A DNA stretch of 64,000 nucleotides from Nageia nagi (Eukaryota > Plantae > Pinophyta): contig JBITNC010000001.1 of assembly GCA_050084985.1 (NCBI GenBank), positions 190,402,001 to 190,466,000 on the forward strand, in the 5' to 3' direction. The notes below the pieces were generated by a model. The model was not told the origin of the DNA and did not search any database. It saw only the letters and a program-made list of their open reading frames with translations. Below, in pieces: positions 35,914 to 49,800 of the stretch; position 1 is the first letter of the stretch, and the number at the start of each line of letters is the position of its first letter. The translations under genes and the position numbers were made by a program.

Positions 35914-38293
35914 TAATCAAGATACATGTGCCCATGCAAAAAGAGGAAGAATTAGAACCACAACTTGATGAGAAAAGAAAAAATGAAACCATCAAAGTAT
36001 CTAAGGGTGTATATTATGAAATATTACCTACAAATGACTACCCAAGGGATAGAAAGGGGAGACAAAACCAATAAATGTTAATAGATTGATGAGTCTGTAC
36101 TATAAGGATGTTGAAGCCATTAATTTTAAATAGCCATTAGTAGAGCTTGACAAAAAAATTCTTTGAGAGTACCTAAAATCTCCTTATGAAATTTTTAATA
36201 GGTGAATTTTCACATAATTTTCTTTATTTATTTTTTATTATTGCTTATTTAATTTTAATTTGAAAGTATTTATTTTCTTTTTGGTAGTTAATTGTAACCC
36301 TTCTAGTAGGGTTTTTAGGACTTCAAATGTATCCCATAATTCTCTAAAAGTAGTAATAGATATTTTCAAGGAAGAATAATTTTGTAAGGGTGATCATTGA
36401 ACATTCCCTTCTATAGGCTATAGTATATTGTAAGACTCTTTCATCATTAGAGATATGATTGGAGTTCTTGTATTTCTAAAAAAATTAGATCTAACCTTTA
36501 AAAAAATATTTCAACATCATAATCCCATAACTCTATTTCTTGTACAAACTATTTAGCTACTTTTTTCTATAAAGCATGTTGGAATTTAAGAGAAACAAAC
36601 CCCCTAACTATTTATCATGCAAAACTTAAGGAATTTGCATTGACTAAGGAATAAATGTAGGTACTAATATTTTTTCTTGAATATATCATCATTGTATTTG
36701 AAAATAAAAATATTATGAACTTATAGGTTACTATTTGTTTATAGGAGAAAATCAATTATACAACTACACAATGATAAGGTAATCTTAAAGGTCATCAACT
36801 GGAGGATTGTGGAAACTCTAATATGGGGAGGGGGACCTACTTTAGTACCAAAAATAAGAGAAAGAGGATGCAAACAATTTTAGTTTGTTCTACAAACTCT
36901 TGGGAAGATATACCCTCACAATTAGCACTTATTGTACATCATTCTACATAAATTCAACATTTGTTTGATGATGATATTAAAGAAGTGCAACAACCATAGA
37001 GGAATTCATGTAATGGTTGATCTAAGCATGCAATTTTTTAAATAAATAATTTGATTTAGTAATAATTAATTATTTTTGTTCACTATGAAAACCAACCATA
37101 ACAATAACAATAGGCACAATAAAAGCCATAGCTATAGATAAAGTAATAATAACATTAATACCATTTCATAACCACACTAATACAAGGTATTCATAATGCA
37201 AAGTTTATATAATTAGTTTCACAAGTCAAGTGTTTTATATTTCAATACAAATGTCTTCTTGGTTATATCAGTTGTTTATAACATATTTTCAGTTATATGT
37301 TATATAAGGGAATCATCAACCCATCATAGTCAAATGAACCCACCACACCCTATAAGAGAGAAACTATTTAATGATAAAAGTGTCAATTTATTGAGACCAT
37401 AAAGTTTAAACACTAGGAGGTACACCACATCTGTACATTTGAATGTTCCTAGTGTTCATGATATTCCAAGTCTATCTTTGGATAGGGTTTCACTTTCTTC
37501 TAGATGATCCATTCTTTGTGATCCACTGCTTGATGAATATATTTTTTTACAAGGATTGGTACCAATTGGGTACAATCTAATTGATGCTCTTAAAGATAAA
37601 GAAGTGGATACTAGAGAAAAGGTTTAGGTTGCTTCTAGGAATAAATTTCTTGAAGATAATACTCCTTTAATACCAACTGGTACTCATTCTTTAATAGAGG
37701 AAAAATGACTACATTATCCAAAAAATGTATTGGTAATAGATAATTTAGAGGGTATAGTTAAAAATTTATTGTTGAAAGATATTACTACTACCAATATGTA
37801 GGAATTTTGAGCTATGATTTTGTGTAAAGAAATCATGGCTTAATACCCCAATTTTAACTCTTGATTGAAAATGAACTTGATAAGTTTGATATTTTATTCA
37901 ATCAAGCTATGTTTGGCAAAGTTAGAATCACCAATTCTTCAAGATATGATGAATTGAAACTTGTTCTAAATAGGTTAGAAAATCTAAATGCAAAAGCAAA
38001 AACCTATTACAATCAATGGAATCTTGATAATAAAAAAAGTAAAAATTATTGAAGCAACAAAGGAAGTTATAGAGATATTTATCATTTAATTTTGAAAATT
38101 ATTTTTTACTATTATCTTAACATATTTTTAATAGAATATTTTTTAATTGACATTTGTAATTTTCATTTATGCAATCCAATTATGATTATTTACACAAATA
38201 GATGAACAACTATGTAGTACAACTTGAAAAGTCCTTAAAAGGTATCCAATAGGCTATTGTGTTGAAGGGAAGACTCAAATAGAATATAAAGGA
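35914..38293 (+). pseudogene. Continuation of F gag, then an unidentified decayed coding region with putative short introns
   Basis: NNI|INQD reads through the G site. Coding-like blocks are separated by AT-rich GT..AG segments (36202-36287; 36661-36726 or ~36743; an acceptor at 38201). No family recognised. Confidence 0.4.
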
Positions 38294-38496
38294 TATTGGA
38301 TAATATTCAATATTATTTGTATTGATATAAAAGAAATTTTAAATATAATGAGATGAAGGCATTCCTGTATAACACTTTAGCCTAGAAAGCCTAATTTATT
38401 TAATTAATGCTAACATAAGTAATGTAAATAAATTAACATTACTTTTATTTATATATATCTAAATACCTAATGTGACTAATGTGTTATTTTAGAACA
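38294..38496 (-). repeat. 3' LTR of H
   Basis: Shares ATGAAGGCATTCC, AATGTAAATAAATTAACATTA and ATACCTAATGT.ACTAATGT with 58832-59065. Confidence 0.88.
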
Positions 38497-38509
38497 CCCC
38501 AACTAATAC

Positions 38510-38956
38510 ACTAGGTATTCAAATAACATGAGAGGAAGCTCTAAAAGTATTCAAATTTTCCATTTTCTAGAGATTTTGTGAAGACATATATAATTTACTT
38601 CTTCATAAAAGTACAATGGAGCTTAACATTGTGTAATGAAACATGGTTGAAAATGAAATAAACCTATATCTCACTTTGTTTGGTGTGTTCATGGAAAATA
38701 GAAATTGCAAACCATATTCAACACACTTTGATTATCATAATGAGAAACAATGGGATTATTTCTATGGAATTTCAATATCTTTCAAAATATGATGTAACCA
38801 TACTACTTCATAAATAACATCTCCTATAGAATAATATTTTGATTTTATGGTAGATCTGGATGCTATGTTTTATTTCTTGTTACCCCCTAAAAGCAATCCA
38901 AATCTAAGGAAGAATATGTATCCTATCGTTGATATTGTATCATCCAAGGATCCTCC

Positions 38957-39005
<49 letters not shown>

Positions 39006-40825
39006 CCATATAAGATGAACTTATCATTCTTCTTATACTTAAGTCCATAACTATCAATGCCATGAATGTATCTTAGAATATACTTTATCATTATCTAGTG
39101 GGCCTTCTTTGGTTCATGTATGAATTATGAAATATATCTGATAGAATATAAAATATCCAACCTAGTGTATGGTAGTTAAATTAACCTCCAATCAACTATT
39201 AGTAGAGAGTTTCATTTACAATTGGAGAAAAATCATGGCATAATAAATGTAAACCAAGTTCAATTGGTATGGATATCTATTGGCAATATGTCATCCTTAA
39301 TTTTTGCAACAAACTCTTATTGTAGGTTATCTAGCAAATAAATATCTAGCCATGCATCTTCCAAACCTCTAATCCAAGGTAATAGTGAATAAAACCAAGG
39401 TAATTCATGTTGAATCATATTTTGAGGTCATATTTACAAGAAATGATTAATTTCTCAATGCTTCCTATGATAAAGATGTCATTGACATATACTACAACTA
39501 TGACAATATCCCCCAATGTTGTTGAAGGTAAAGGTTAGGATCATTCAAACTCCTATTGAATCCATGTTATAGTAGGTAGTCACCAATTTTCATATATCAA
39601 GATCATGGAGCCTATTTTAATCCATATAAAGACTTAACCAATCTACATAGTTTTATTTTTCTTGGATCAATCACAAACCCTTTAGGTTTTTGCATGTAGA
39701 ATTCTTCCTCTAAGTAGTCAATTTCATTTAGGAAGGTGCTCTTCACATACATCTGATGGACTTTCCAACTAAATTATGTTGCTATTATAAAAGCAATTTT
39801 AATGGTATTAATCTTTGTTGTAGGAGAAAAATTCTCCTCATATTTGATGCCTTCCTCTTGAGCATATCCTTTGGCAACTAGCTAAGCCTTATTGTTATCA
39901 AATGTCCCATCAACTTTGTACTTGGTTTTGAATACCCATTTGCATCCAATGGCCTTATTCCTTGGTGTAAGATCTACCAAATTCCATGTGTCATTTTTAA
40001 TCAATGCATCATATTCAGTTTGCATGGTTGACTTCTAATGTAGTAGCTCAATGGCTTCATAAACTATTTTAGGTTTGGGTGTATTCACCACTATGTTCAT
40101 TAGTAGTAAATTCACTTCCTCGTGAGCCATGATTCATGTTCTTGGTATGGATGTGGAATTATCTAGTGGAGAAAATAAATTTAAATCTTGCAAAGTATTT
40201 GGTACCATTTCAATATTTTGACATTATCAAGTGAAAAATTCACAACATGAAATTATCTCTTATCATCCTCATAATCATGAATGATAATGGGACCACTATC
40301 AAGTTCAAGTACCTTTGTAGGTGGGCTAGTTGAAGATTCACTAGTATCATAAAAAATGACATCTCTACTAATATAGATATTTTGAATAGTAGGATTCATG
40401 AGTTTGTTTCCTTTTGGATTCAATACTATACCCAAGAAGAACATACCTCAAGTACTTATCATCTAATTTCTTTCTTTACTCTTTGGGAATGTGCATATAG
40501 GCAATGCAACAAAATACTTTGAGATGTGAGATAGATCGTTTTTCTCATATCCATGCTTCTTGAGGTGTCATTCAATCAATAGCTTTAGAAGGTACTCTAT
40601 TCAATATATATACAATAGTATTTATTGCATTAAGCTAGAATTTTCTCTCCAACTTTTATCTTTCAACATACTTCTCACCATTTAAACTATGATCCTATTT
40701 CACCTTTCATAAACCCCATTTTGTTATGGTGTATGAGGTGTGTGCAATTGTCACCAAATTTCATGTTGCTTATAGAATGTAGAAAATTCATTTGATAAGT
40801 ATTAACCCCTTGATCTGAGTGGAAA
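38510..40825 (-). pseudogene. Copia H integrase C-half, RT and RNase H
   Basis: Minus strand: TPHTP*QNGV, HLKVFCCIAY, ISRDVIF, IGCKWVFKTK, LVAKGYAQEEG, HQMYVKSTFLN, KSLYGLK, VVYVNDIF, IFTKSL. Confidence 0.92.
38961..39000. repeat. (TA)20 microsatellite within the RNase H start of H
   Basis: Read directly; it produces the YIYIYI stretch in ORF 38870..39091. Confidence 0.95.
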
Positions 40826-40830
40826 ACATG

Positions 40831-41352
40831 TGTTCATTTTTCTATGTCATCATTGTACTAATAGTAGGGTTCATTTCTACAAATGAGATTAAGGATTCTT
40901 TTTATGCAAGGATATTTATGAAATATAAATAAAATATTAAAGAAAGATAAGAATAAGATAAATTTAAGTAATGGGTCTCTTTATTAATAGTGTAAATCAC
41001 TTAATACAACTTCACCAATATGATGAATATAAGAGATTATAGTGTATCTTATTTTAAGATCCTAGACTTGGTGATTATTATTCTAATACATATTTCTTGC
41101 TCTTCTCTTATTTCTCTCTCTTTTAACTTGATCCTTTCTTCATATTTAAAATGAACCAAGAGGCTCTTTAGTTGATGGTTGACATTTCAGAGGGATGGTT
41201 CATAACAAATTTTAATTGGAGTGGAGACACATTAGTTAAGTTCATTATTTTCAATATTAGAAACCCATTATTAAGTCACTAAGTGTTGATATAGTTTTTA
41301 TTTTCTAGATATCAATTAGTACTAAGTCTTTTCAAATTCTCTCTTGTGAACA
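40831..41352 (-). repeat. 3' LTR of I
   Basis: TG...CA ends. Collinear with 54859-55442. Confidence 0.88.
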
Positions 41353-41499
41353 TCTTCCCCAACTTAGAGAGGATTTTACCTGATCCTCACTTAAATATTA
41401 TTTTCCATAAATATATACTAAACTATCACAAAAATTTAGTTGAATTCATTCTTGTATTCTTATCTTCATTCATTTCTCCAATTTGACACTTCTTGGTTG

Positions 41500-44400
41500 G
41501 CATTATTGTCTTATATGTTGATAAGGACTACAATGTGGCCAAGATTCTAGATCAAACAATTGCTAAATTCAAAAGTATTTTTCTTATAAGGTAGGTAAGT
41601 ATTAATCCATATCAAATCATATAGTTGTAACAAGAAATATAGAGGCATTTATCCAAATGTATTCTCAAACCAAAGGTGGGTAGCATAGTATAGAATTATT
41701 CAAGGTATTCACCATGGACTAAGGAGGAAAATATTCTAGATAAGATCAAATTCAAACTCTTCCACCATGAATATTTTTTGATCATGCAACTTCCAAGCTT
41801 GTAATCTCTTGAATTCATATAGCTTCTCTATGATTTTCCACTAAATGTCATTGGGAAAACCAAAAAATATTCTAATGTTGAAATTTGGGTACTCTTCTAC
41901 AAAATCATTTTTCCTCTTTGTAATATTTCCATTAGTTCTTTTTACATCCTCTTCCTTTTATACACCATTATATTTCTCCATCTTTCTAAGGTTTGCCAGA
42001 ATTAGGGTTTTGTATTTTTATCCCTTGTTAATGGGTAATTATTGATAAACAATATATTGTAGTCATATACCAACCATTTTATAGGTAGATTACTAACCAT
42101 CAAAGTTATTACACATCCTCACATCCATATATCTTATGATATAATGCATCTTTATTTTTTGAGTTGGTATATTTTTATAATGTAGTCCATCCAAATGTAA
42201 GGAGCCACATATGGCCATGTCATAAAGATCAAATTAATTATGTCATACTCAACTAGCTTTGAGAAAAATAAATGATAACGGTTCAAATAATTTGTTAATT
42301 TTTCCCCATTGATCTCCATTATCCATGCTCTAACATATTGGATCCTATATCTTAATTGGATGATGAGGCTTTATATTGGATATGGTGAGTTTATTAGGTT
42401 TTTGTAATTTTATTTTTAATAAGGAAATAAATCCATCATATCATGCTAGTCTTGATATCATAAAAAGAAGATGTGACCCTACATTTGATTTGTGGTGGGT
42501 AGACTATTAGGTGGTAGATATTTATTATCTCTATAAATTTTAAAAGTTTTTCCTCCTGTATTCCTTTTTGGTATTGTGCTATTATATCTTTATTATGGTT
42601 GTTATTTCCATATGTAGTTACTTCATGTTGTTGTAACTATGATTTGTTTTAGTAATTAACATTTTAATCTTCATTTTGTAATTATTATCTTTTTGCTATT
42701 CTTTTCAATCCATTCTTACTAGTATGTATTTTCTATTTATATCTTTTTAAGTACTTATTTATCTCTTTAAGAAACCCATAAATTTATTTTGATAAATAAA
42801 AAATAATTCTTTCATTATCACAAAATATAAAATTCTTTTACTTAAAGGCAAAATTCATCACATAGCTTTTGTTAGCTTCCACCAAGAGATAAAATTATTC
42901 TCTCATACTATATCAATGTTAGTGATCTTATTTCTAATATAGAACTTTGAGGAAATAGCTTATATTGGGCTAGCTTTCATGGTAATTTAAGGATGAGGTT
43001 GTATATATTCATGAGGTACTATCATTATTTGACCCAAACCATCAATGTATATCAAAGGTGCTTCAACAAGAATGTAAGTGTAGTCACCACTTGTGCCACT
43101 TAAATCATGGTTTCCTTTTCATAATAACAACTAATTGTTACCTCAATTTTAACTAAATTTAGTTTATGTGTTGAGTGGACCAATTTAACTTGGTGTAGTG
43201 ATTTGTTCACCTTTTTTTACAACTTTCATTTTGAGGTGACAAGTGTACAAAGTTCGATGAATGCTACTTGGAACTTATTTCCACAATATTCACCTTGCTC
43301 TAGTTTCTATATGCTTGCTTGTATTTTTGCATCTTTAGCAACTAAATGAGATTTAATATGCTAAGGTTGATTTGATATAGCATTCTTTTGAATGATGGTA
43401 TTCATTTATTTGCATGTTGTTTTGTAATGCTCTAGTTTTATCACTATCTTGGCTTTTAGCATGACCAATTTTTTGATAACATTCAAATTATCCCATATAT
43501 ACTTGTGATTATCTATTTGTAGGAGTCACCTTTCCTCCAATAGTATTTTAATGGTTGATTAAAGGTCATTATTAGGGGTTGGATGAGGTCAATGACTAGA
43601 TTTGGGAGTTAGTTGGTAACAATCTTTAGTAGAGTGGGATCTTTAGGGGTACTAATGGATTTTTCAACTAGGGAGATGAGGGTATCACCAATATATGCAT
43701 TGGGATATAAGGATAAATCTAGGAACTAAGTGTGTATAAGCCTCACAACTTTTAAGGTTTTATCTCAAGCAAGTTAAAATTAGGTGTTAGTTTGGATGAT
43801 GTATTAGGTAAGGATGTGGTTGGTATCTCATTTAAGTATGATTAACTCATTTATTTATACAACTATATATGAAAATGAGATTTAATTCATTCTATATTGA
43901 TGATGGTGGGTTGTATCAATTCTATTTATGAATATAATTCCTTCCACTTGGTGTAGATCATCAATTCTTAGCTTATTATTCCCTTCTTATCTTTTTGGGA
44001 AAGTTCTACTTATGATATTTGGGAAATGTTCTATGAAGCTCCCAAAGTGCAATCACTTTGTGCATCATCCTCATACTCAATATCTCTCTTAAATTTAGTC
44101 TCCATTTCACCACTACTTTCCCTCATCTTTAGATTTCACCTCTTGAGAGATGGGAGGGTTTCTTTAGATGGTGAATTCGATGATTGAACTTGATGGGTTT
44201 TAACTCTTTCTAGTATTTTAGATTTTTTCATTTGCTACTTATTTTGAGGATCTTTGAAGGTGGAAATGTTTGCATCATTTCTTGGTTTTTTAGCTTTCTT
44301 TTGAATATTCTCAATTATATTAGCATCATAATCATATGTAGCTATGTAGGGGTGTCATTATAGCCTCATTTTTGTAGGTATTTTACTTTTATCAATATAT

Positions 44401-45430
44401 TATCGATGGTCATTGAAAATATTAAGAGGGATGCAAAATTGGTCATAACTAATCTAGAGATGTACTCTTTCCATTGAATGATATTGATTATTGAACTAGA
44501 TCATGATTTTAGATCTAGTTGTTGGGATTATATGTTTATGTATTCCCGAATGAAGGATTTTGAGGAATATATGTTACTTTGGCCAATAATATTGGGTATA
44601 AGTTTTGTAAAATACATGGTAGCATAAATTAGAAAGGATTCATACCATAAAATGCTATAGTTACCTTTGTTTATTTCTTCATCATTGGTGAGAATTTGAC
44701 TCATAAATATGTCGTTAATGCATATACAGTTCCTATTTCCCCACTATCATATCCAATGATTGTTTCTACTATAGTTGATAATGACATGATGTTATTATAA
44801 AATATTCACCAAGCCATGTTCTTGACTACTACTTATGACCTAATTTAGGGATGAGGTCTACATTTAGTGCTTTCTTATTTAGATTATTTCTTAATTTTTC
44901 AAGTATTGGGGAATATGAAAGCTTTTTAGTCTTTGTGATTATGCTCATATCCCTATCATTTTCTTTTAAAAATTGGATTTTTTTGATGATATCTTCATAT
45001 ATAATGTAAGGTTGATGTATGTATAAATTTTCATCATGGAAGTGGCTATAGATAAATTTGATGACATTTAGCGCTTTAAAGATAGGCATATTTCCTAAGT
45101 TCAACACTTTGACCTTCTCCATCCTTTTAGCTTTTACATTATTAAGTGTTCCTAAATCTTCTAATATTTATAACTTACTTTCCATAAAATTCACTTTTTG
45201 GATGTATTTTATGTTGTTGAAGACTCCATAGACATCCTCTAGTACTATCAAAAAATAGTAGCCCAGAAAAGGTGCTTCGATGAATGAGTTTCCCAATGCC
45301 TCATTTGTATGCATTTTTTTTCTCCCCATAATCACTTCTACATGAATATTTATGTTGTGTAATTCTTCAAAACTTGATGTGTTCCATAAATTATGTATTA
45401 GATTCAAATTTTGTAATTTTTATAGAAGTA
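41500..45430 (-). pseudogene. Long decayed extra ORF region downstream of pol in I
   Basis: ORF fragments 45168-45407 and 44829-45122 (VIKFIYSHFHDENLYIHQPYII), then GNYSILWYESFLIYATMYF, Lys/Ser-rich and coiled-coil-like segments. Ends uncertain. Confidence 0.55.
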
Positions 45431-46869
45431 AAGTGGTATTGAGTTTTGTAGGTTATTAAATGTACTTAATCCTTAATTTCTCCAGTGATTTATTTTAATC
45501 TAGGTCATTGGTGTTATGTTTTATCAATGAATTATATTACATCAAGTGTTTGGGATCCATGGTACTATAGGCATCATTATATTTTTTGGTATGTCATTAA
45601 TTTTTTCTTAATGGATGTGCACCACATATCACTTGGTAATTGTTTTTGAACATCGATCTTCATCAACATATTCATATTGGTAATTAATGCATCTTGATAA
45701 TCATCCCACTATCAACTTGATATGTGTGGCTTATTTCTATTTTGTGCCACATAACGATCAATACCTCCCCAACTTAGAGGTTCAAGCATAAGGTGACATG
45801 ATCATGCATGTGGTGATATTTTGATTAATGGCTTAAATTAATATGGTGAAGGTTGAGTTTATATAATTGGGTGCTTCAATATCCCAATATTATTTATTTG
45901 AGCTTTACCTGAGAGTTATCTATTATTTGGATGTTTTACATTTCACTTAAGGATCAGTTTTTGAATGGAATCTGATTGATGGGTGACTATGATATTTCAT
46001 GAATTATTGGGTATTATGTGGTGATGTAAAGTTTTAGTGATGATGAGTTTGAAACTATTTTTTCCTTCATTGCACTTTGGTGAGTTGTAAATTTCTCAAC
46101 TCTTCTAGATCTATTTTACCTTCTAAGATGTGATATGCAGGGGTTATTCAAGAAAGGACTTGTCAATTGCACAAAATCATGTAAGAGAGTTTGCAACAAG
46201 CATCATTGGTAGGTTTATTGGTGGAATTTGCTAGCCTCTTGTTGATTACTTTATAGTTAGGTAGTTTTAACATTATACTTATCCTTTGGGCCCTCTTATC
46301 CTCAAATTTAGAATCGTATATATTTGGGTAAGTTATGGTAACTTTTGTTTATCCCTTTTTATTTTGGGGATATCAATGAGACTACCTTCTAATTGTATCT
46401 TACAAAAATTGTAAAGGAAGTAATTAGCTAAGTTTAAATGATACCCTATATTTTTTTCAATATGTTTTTATCATGGTTGAATATAATTAACTTTATAATA
46501 AACAACTTGTGAATTATTAGTTGTTACAATTTTCTTTTCAATTGTACTAGTTTTTAAAAAAATTCATTTTAATGGAAGTAAGTGCTTTTTGGTTTTATTT
46601 TGTTTATGCAAATTTTGATTGTGTATGCACCCTTGACAAAACTATCAATACTATTTATGGATCCCAACATCCCACTCAAGACTGGGGTTTTACCATTTCA
46701 ATATTATTTAGCAGTCTTATAGAGAGGTAACTTAGTTATTAATTTCCCTTTACAATAGTAGAAATTTACTTGAAATAATTTTGTTAGGATAATTTACCAC
46801 TCTAAAACTAACATCTTATTAAGATACTAACTAACAAAACTAAACTACTCATCATCTATATAATGTCAT

Positions 46870-49800
46870 TTTACCTAATGTTAGTGAGTTAAGCTTCATC
46901 ATCATTGCAAGAGGTGTATTTCTTTATACAATGGTAATGCACATATCCTAGATGAATTCCCCCATATAGTGTTTGTAATCATACTTTTTCTTCTCCTTTT
47001 ATACTTTGTATTATGTAGGTCCCAAGCCATCTCATTCATAACTTACCAGGTTTATGTTTATACCAACTATTATATAGGAGTACCTAATCACCAATTAGAA
47101 ATTACTTTTGTTTGATGCGACAATCATGCCAAGCCTTTTTTCATTTCTTCTCTTGTATATGATTATACATTTCTATTCTTTGATTTTCATCCAATTTATC
47201 TAGTTTGAAAAGTCTTTCTTCTAGTGACTCATAGTTTTCTAATTGAGCTTCTATGGTGATTCTTAATGATGGTACTTGAAATTCCATAGGGAAGGTTTCT
47301 TCTATGTTGAATACTAATTCAAAGGGATTTTTCTTGTTTAGTATTTTTTAGGTGGTTTGATATGCCCATAACACATATAGTATCTTTTCATCCCAATCTG
47401 ATCTTACAATGTTGATAATTTTATTCAAGGTTATTTCCAAAACCTTATTTAGGTATTTAACAACTCCATTAGCCTGAGGGTGGCAAGGTGAACTTCTCCC
47501 ATGTTGTATCATAAAATTCACCATGAATTATTTAATTTTTAGATTAACAAAGTTCTTTCCTTGATCACTAATGATCTATTTAGGATATACAAACCTAGTT
47601 ATAATATTTTCATATATGAATTTTACTATGGTATATTCATTATAGTCTTTCATGAGGAATACTTCATTTCATCTCATCAGATATTCAATTCTAGTGATGA
47701 TGTAATGAGCACCCATTCACCACCCTAGTGGTGATATTTGTCCAACAAAATTGATTGCACACTTCTTAAAAGGATGAAATTGTAACATGGGTTTTAGGTG
47801 TAGTTCATCTCAGGATGAGGTTATATCATGCACTGGAATACATCATAACTTCTAGTGAATTATAGTGTATTCTAGTTTGAGTTAGGCCACTAGAGTCTTA
47901 TTGTAATACCTTCTTACTTTTGTATTCATTGTTGAAATGGCCCCTAACTACTCCTTCATGTGCCTTTACTAAAATATCTTCATGTTCATGTTGGAGAATG
48001 AATCTTTTAATAAATTAATCTATCCCTATCTTGTACATAGTTTTCCAATAATTATTGTATATGGCATCAATTGGCTTAGTAATTGTCATCTTTCTTTATC
48101 TGGTTATCCTTTTGAGAATTATTCCAATGTTAGGAATGCTATGATATCTTATAGTTTTTTTGGTAAAACTTGGATATGAAATAGGTGTGCACCAGGTAGG
48201 TTATCATCTATTTTAGAGGTTTTACCATTTTCAATTCTTGAAAAAAAGTTTGGTACATTATTTATATTTTTTATATTTCAAAATAGTTTTGAATTGCAAC
48301 TCTTGAAATAGTAGTAACCATTGATATGGCCTTGAATTATTAATTTATTTAAAAGGTAAAAAAGTACATTTTGATTAATAAAAAATACAAAAGTAGTCAC
48401 TAATAGGTAGTAGAATATTTTTTGGAGGGTATATCCATAGCGAAGGCTTCTTTCTTAATAATAATGTAATTCTTTTTGATAGTGGCCATTTTATGACTAA
48501 AAACATATATGGGATTATCGATATTTCTATCACTAGGTTGGGATAGGACTACATTGATAGCCACCACATTGCAATCTACATGAACATGAAATTACTTCTT
48601 CCAATCAAGAAAAATAAGGGTCAAGGATTTGGATAATTTCATCTTAAGTAGCTCAAATTTTTCTTGATATTCAAGTGAGCAATAGAATGTATGGTTTTTC
48701 TTTTTAGTTCATCAATAGGGGTGGCTAAAATAGCATAGTGTTTAATCAAATTATGGTAGTACCCACTAGATAATAGAAATATCTTTACTTCTTTAACATT
48801 TTGAGGGGGGTATGTTAAGGAACATTCCTAACTTTGGAAGGTTAACCATTAACCCTTGTTTGTAGATGATATGTCCCAATAGGAACACATGTGGAGTGGT
48901 CAATAAATATGTTTTAGGTTAAGGTCAATTTGTAGGTGATGAAATCTCTCAAACATTAAGCATAATTCTTAGGTATTGTCTTTTAGAAATTTGAATATGA
49001 GGAAATTGTGAAATTATTTTTTAAAGACATTCACCATTATTCAAGAAAAAGCTATAGGGGCATTTTTAAGTCCAAAAGGCATTATGTTATACATGTATTA
49101 ACCCTATTAAGTTATAAAAGTGGCCTTTGGAAAATCTTCTTCAATGATTTTCACTTGATGATAACTTGAGAACCTATCTATGAAGGACTAGATATCCTGA
49201 TTGATGATATTTTCTAAAATTTCTTTTATGAAGGGTGTTAAAAATGGATCATTTTTGTAGGATTTATTTAGTTCTCATAAGTTGATGAAAATTTTGATGT
49301 CCCCACTTTTATTATATTATTTTAGCATCAAGCTGATCCAATCAGTATTATCTATCGAAGAAATACTCCTAGATTCAACCATCCTATTGATCCCTTCTTT
49401 TACTTTATATTTTATGTTAGGGTTCAATTGATAGGATCATTATTTTCTAGATTTCAATTATATTTTGAACTTATTTACATGATCATAACCTCTTATTTTA
49501 TCCCATGAGTTTTACATAGTCTTTTGGGAATAATTCTTAATATTCATCTAGGACTTCAATGATTTTATTTACTCCTTCTTCTATCCAATAGTCATTAAGG
49601 GTTGCTATATTGGGATTTTCATTACTACCGATTTTGATTTATCATGTATTTAGTTCATGATCATACTAGGTAACATTATACTTCTTAGTAATCACTTATT
49701 TGGTTCCTTCCTCAACTTCATACTTAATATTCTTAGGTTTATCTTTTGGTTCATCCTCATCAAGTTCATCCTACCATTTAGTATTAGCAACCATATGTAG

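Noticed and set aside
36820-36840. GGGGAGGGGGA as a PPT marking a new LTR
   Set aside because: No TG-starting repeat with a partner follows, and it reads plausibly as codons (YGEGD) in the decayed coding block.
45430-45763. Internal LTR next to the second PPT of element I
   Set aside because: No visible similarity to either LTR of I or to 54531-54858.
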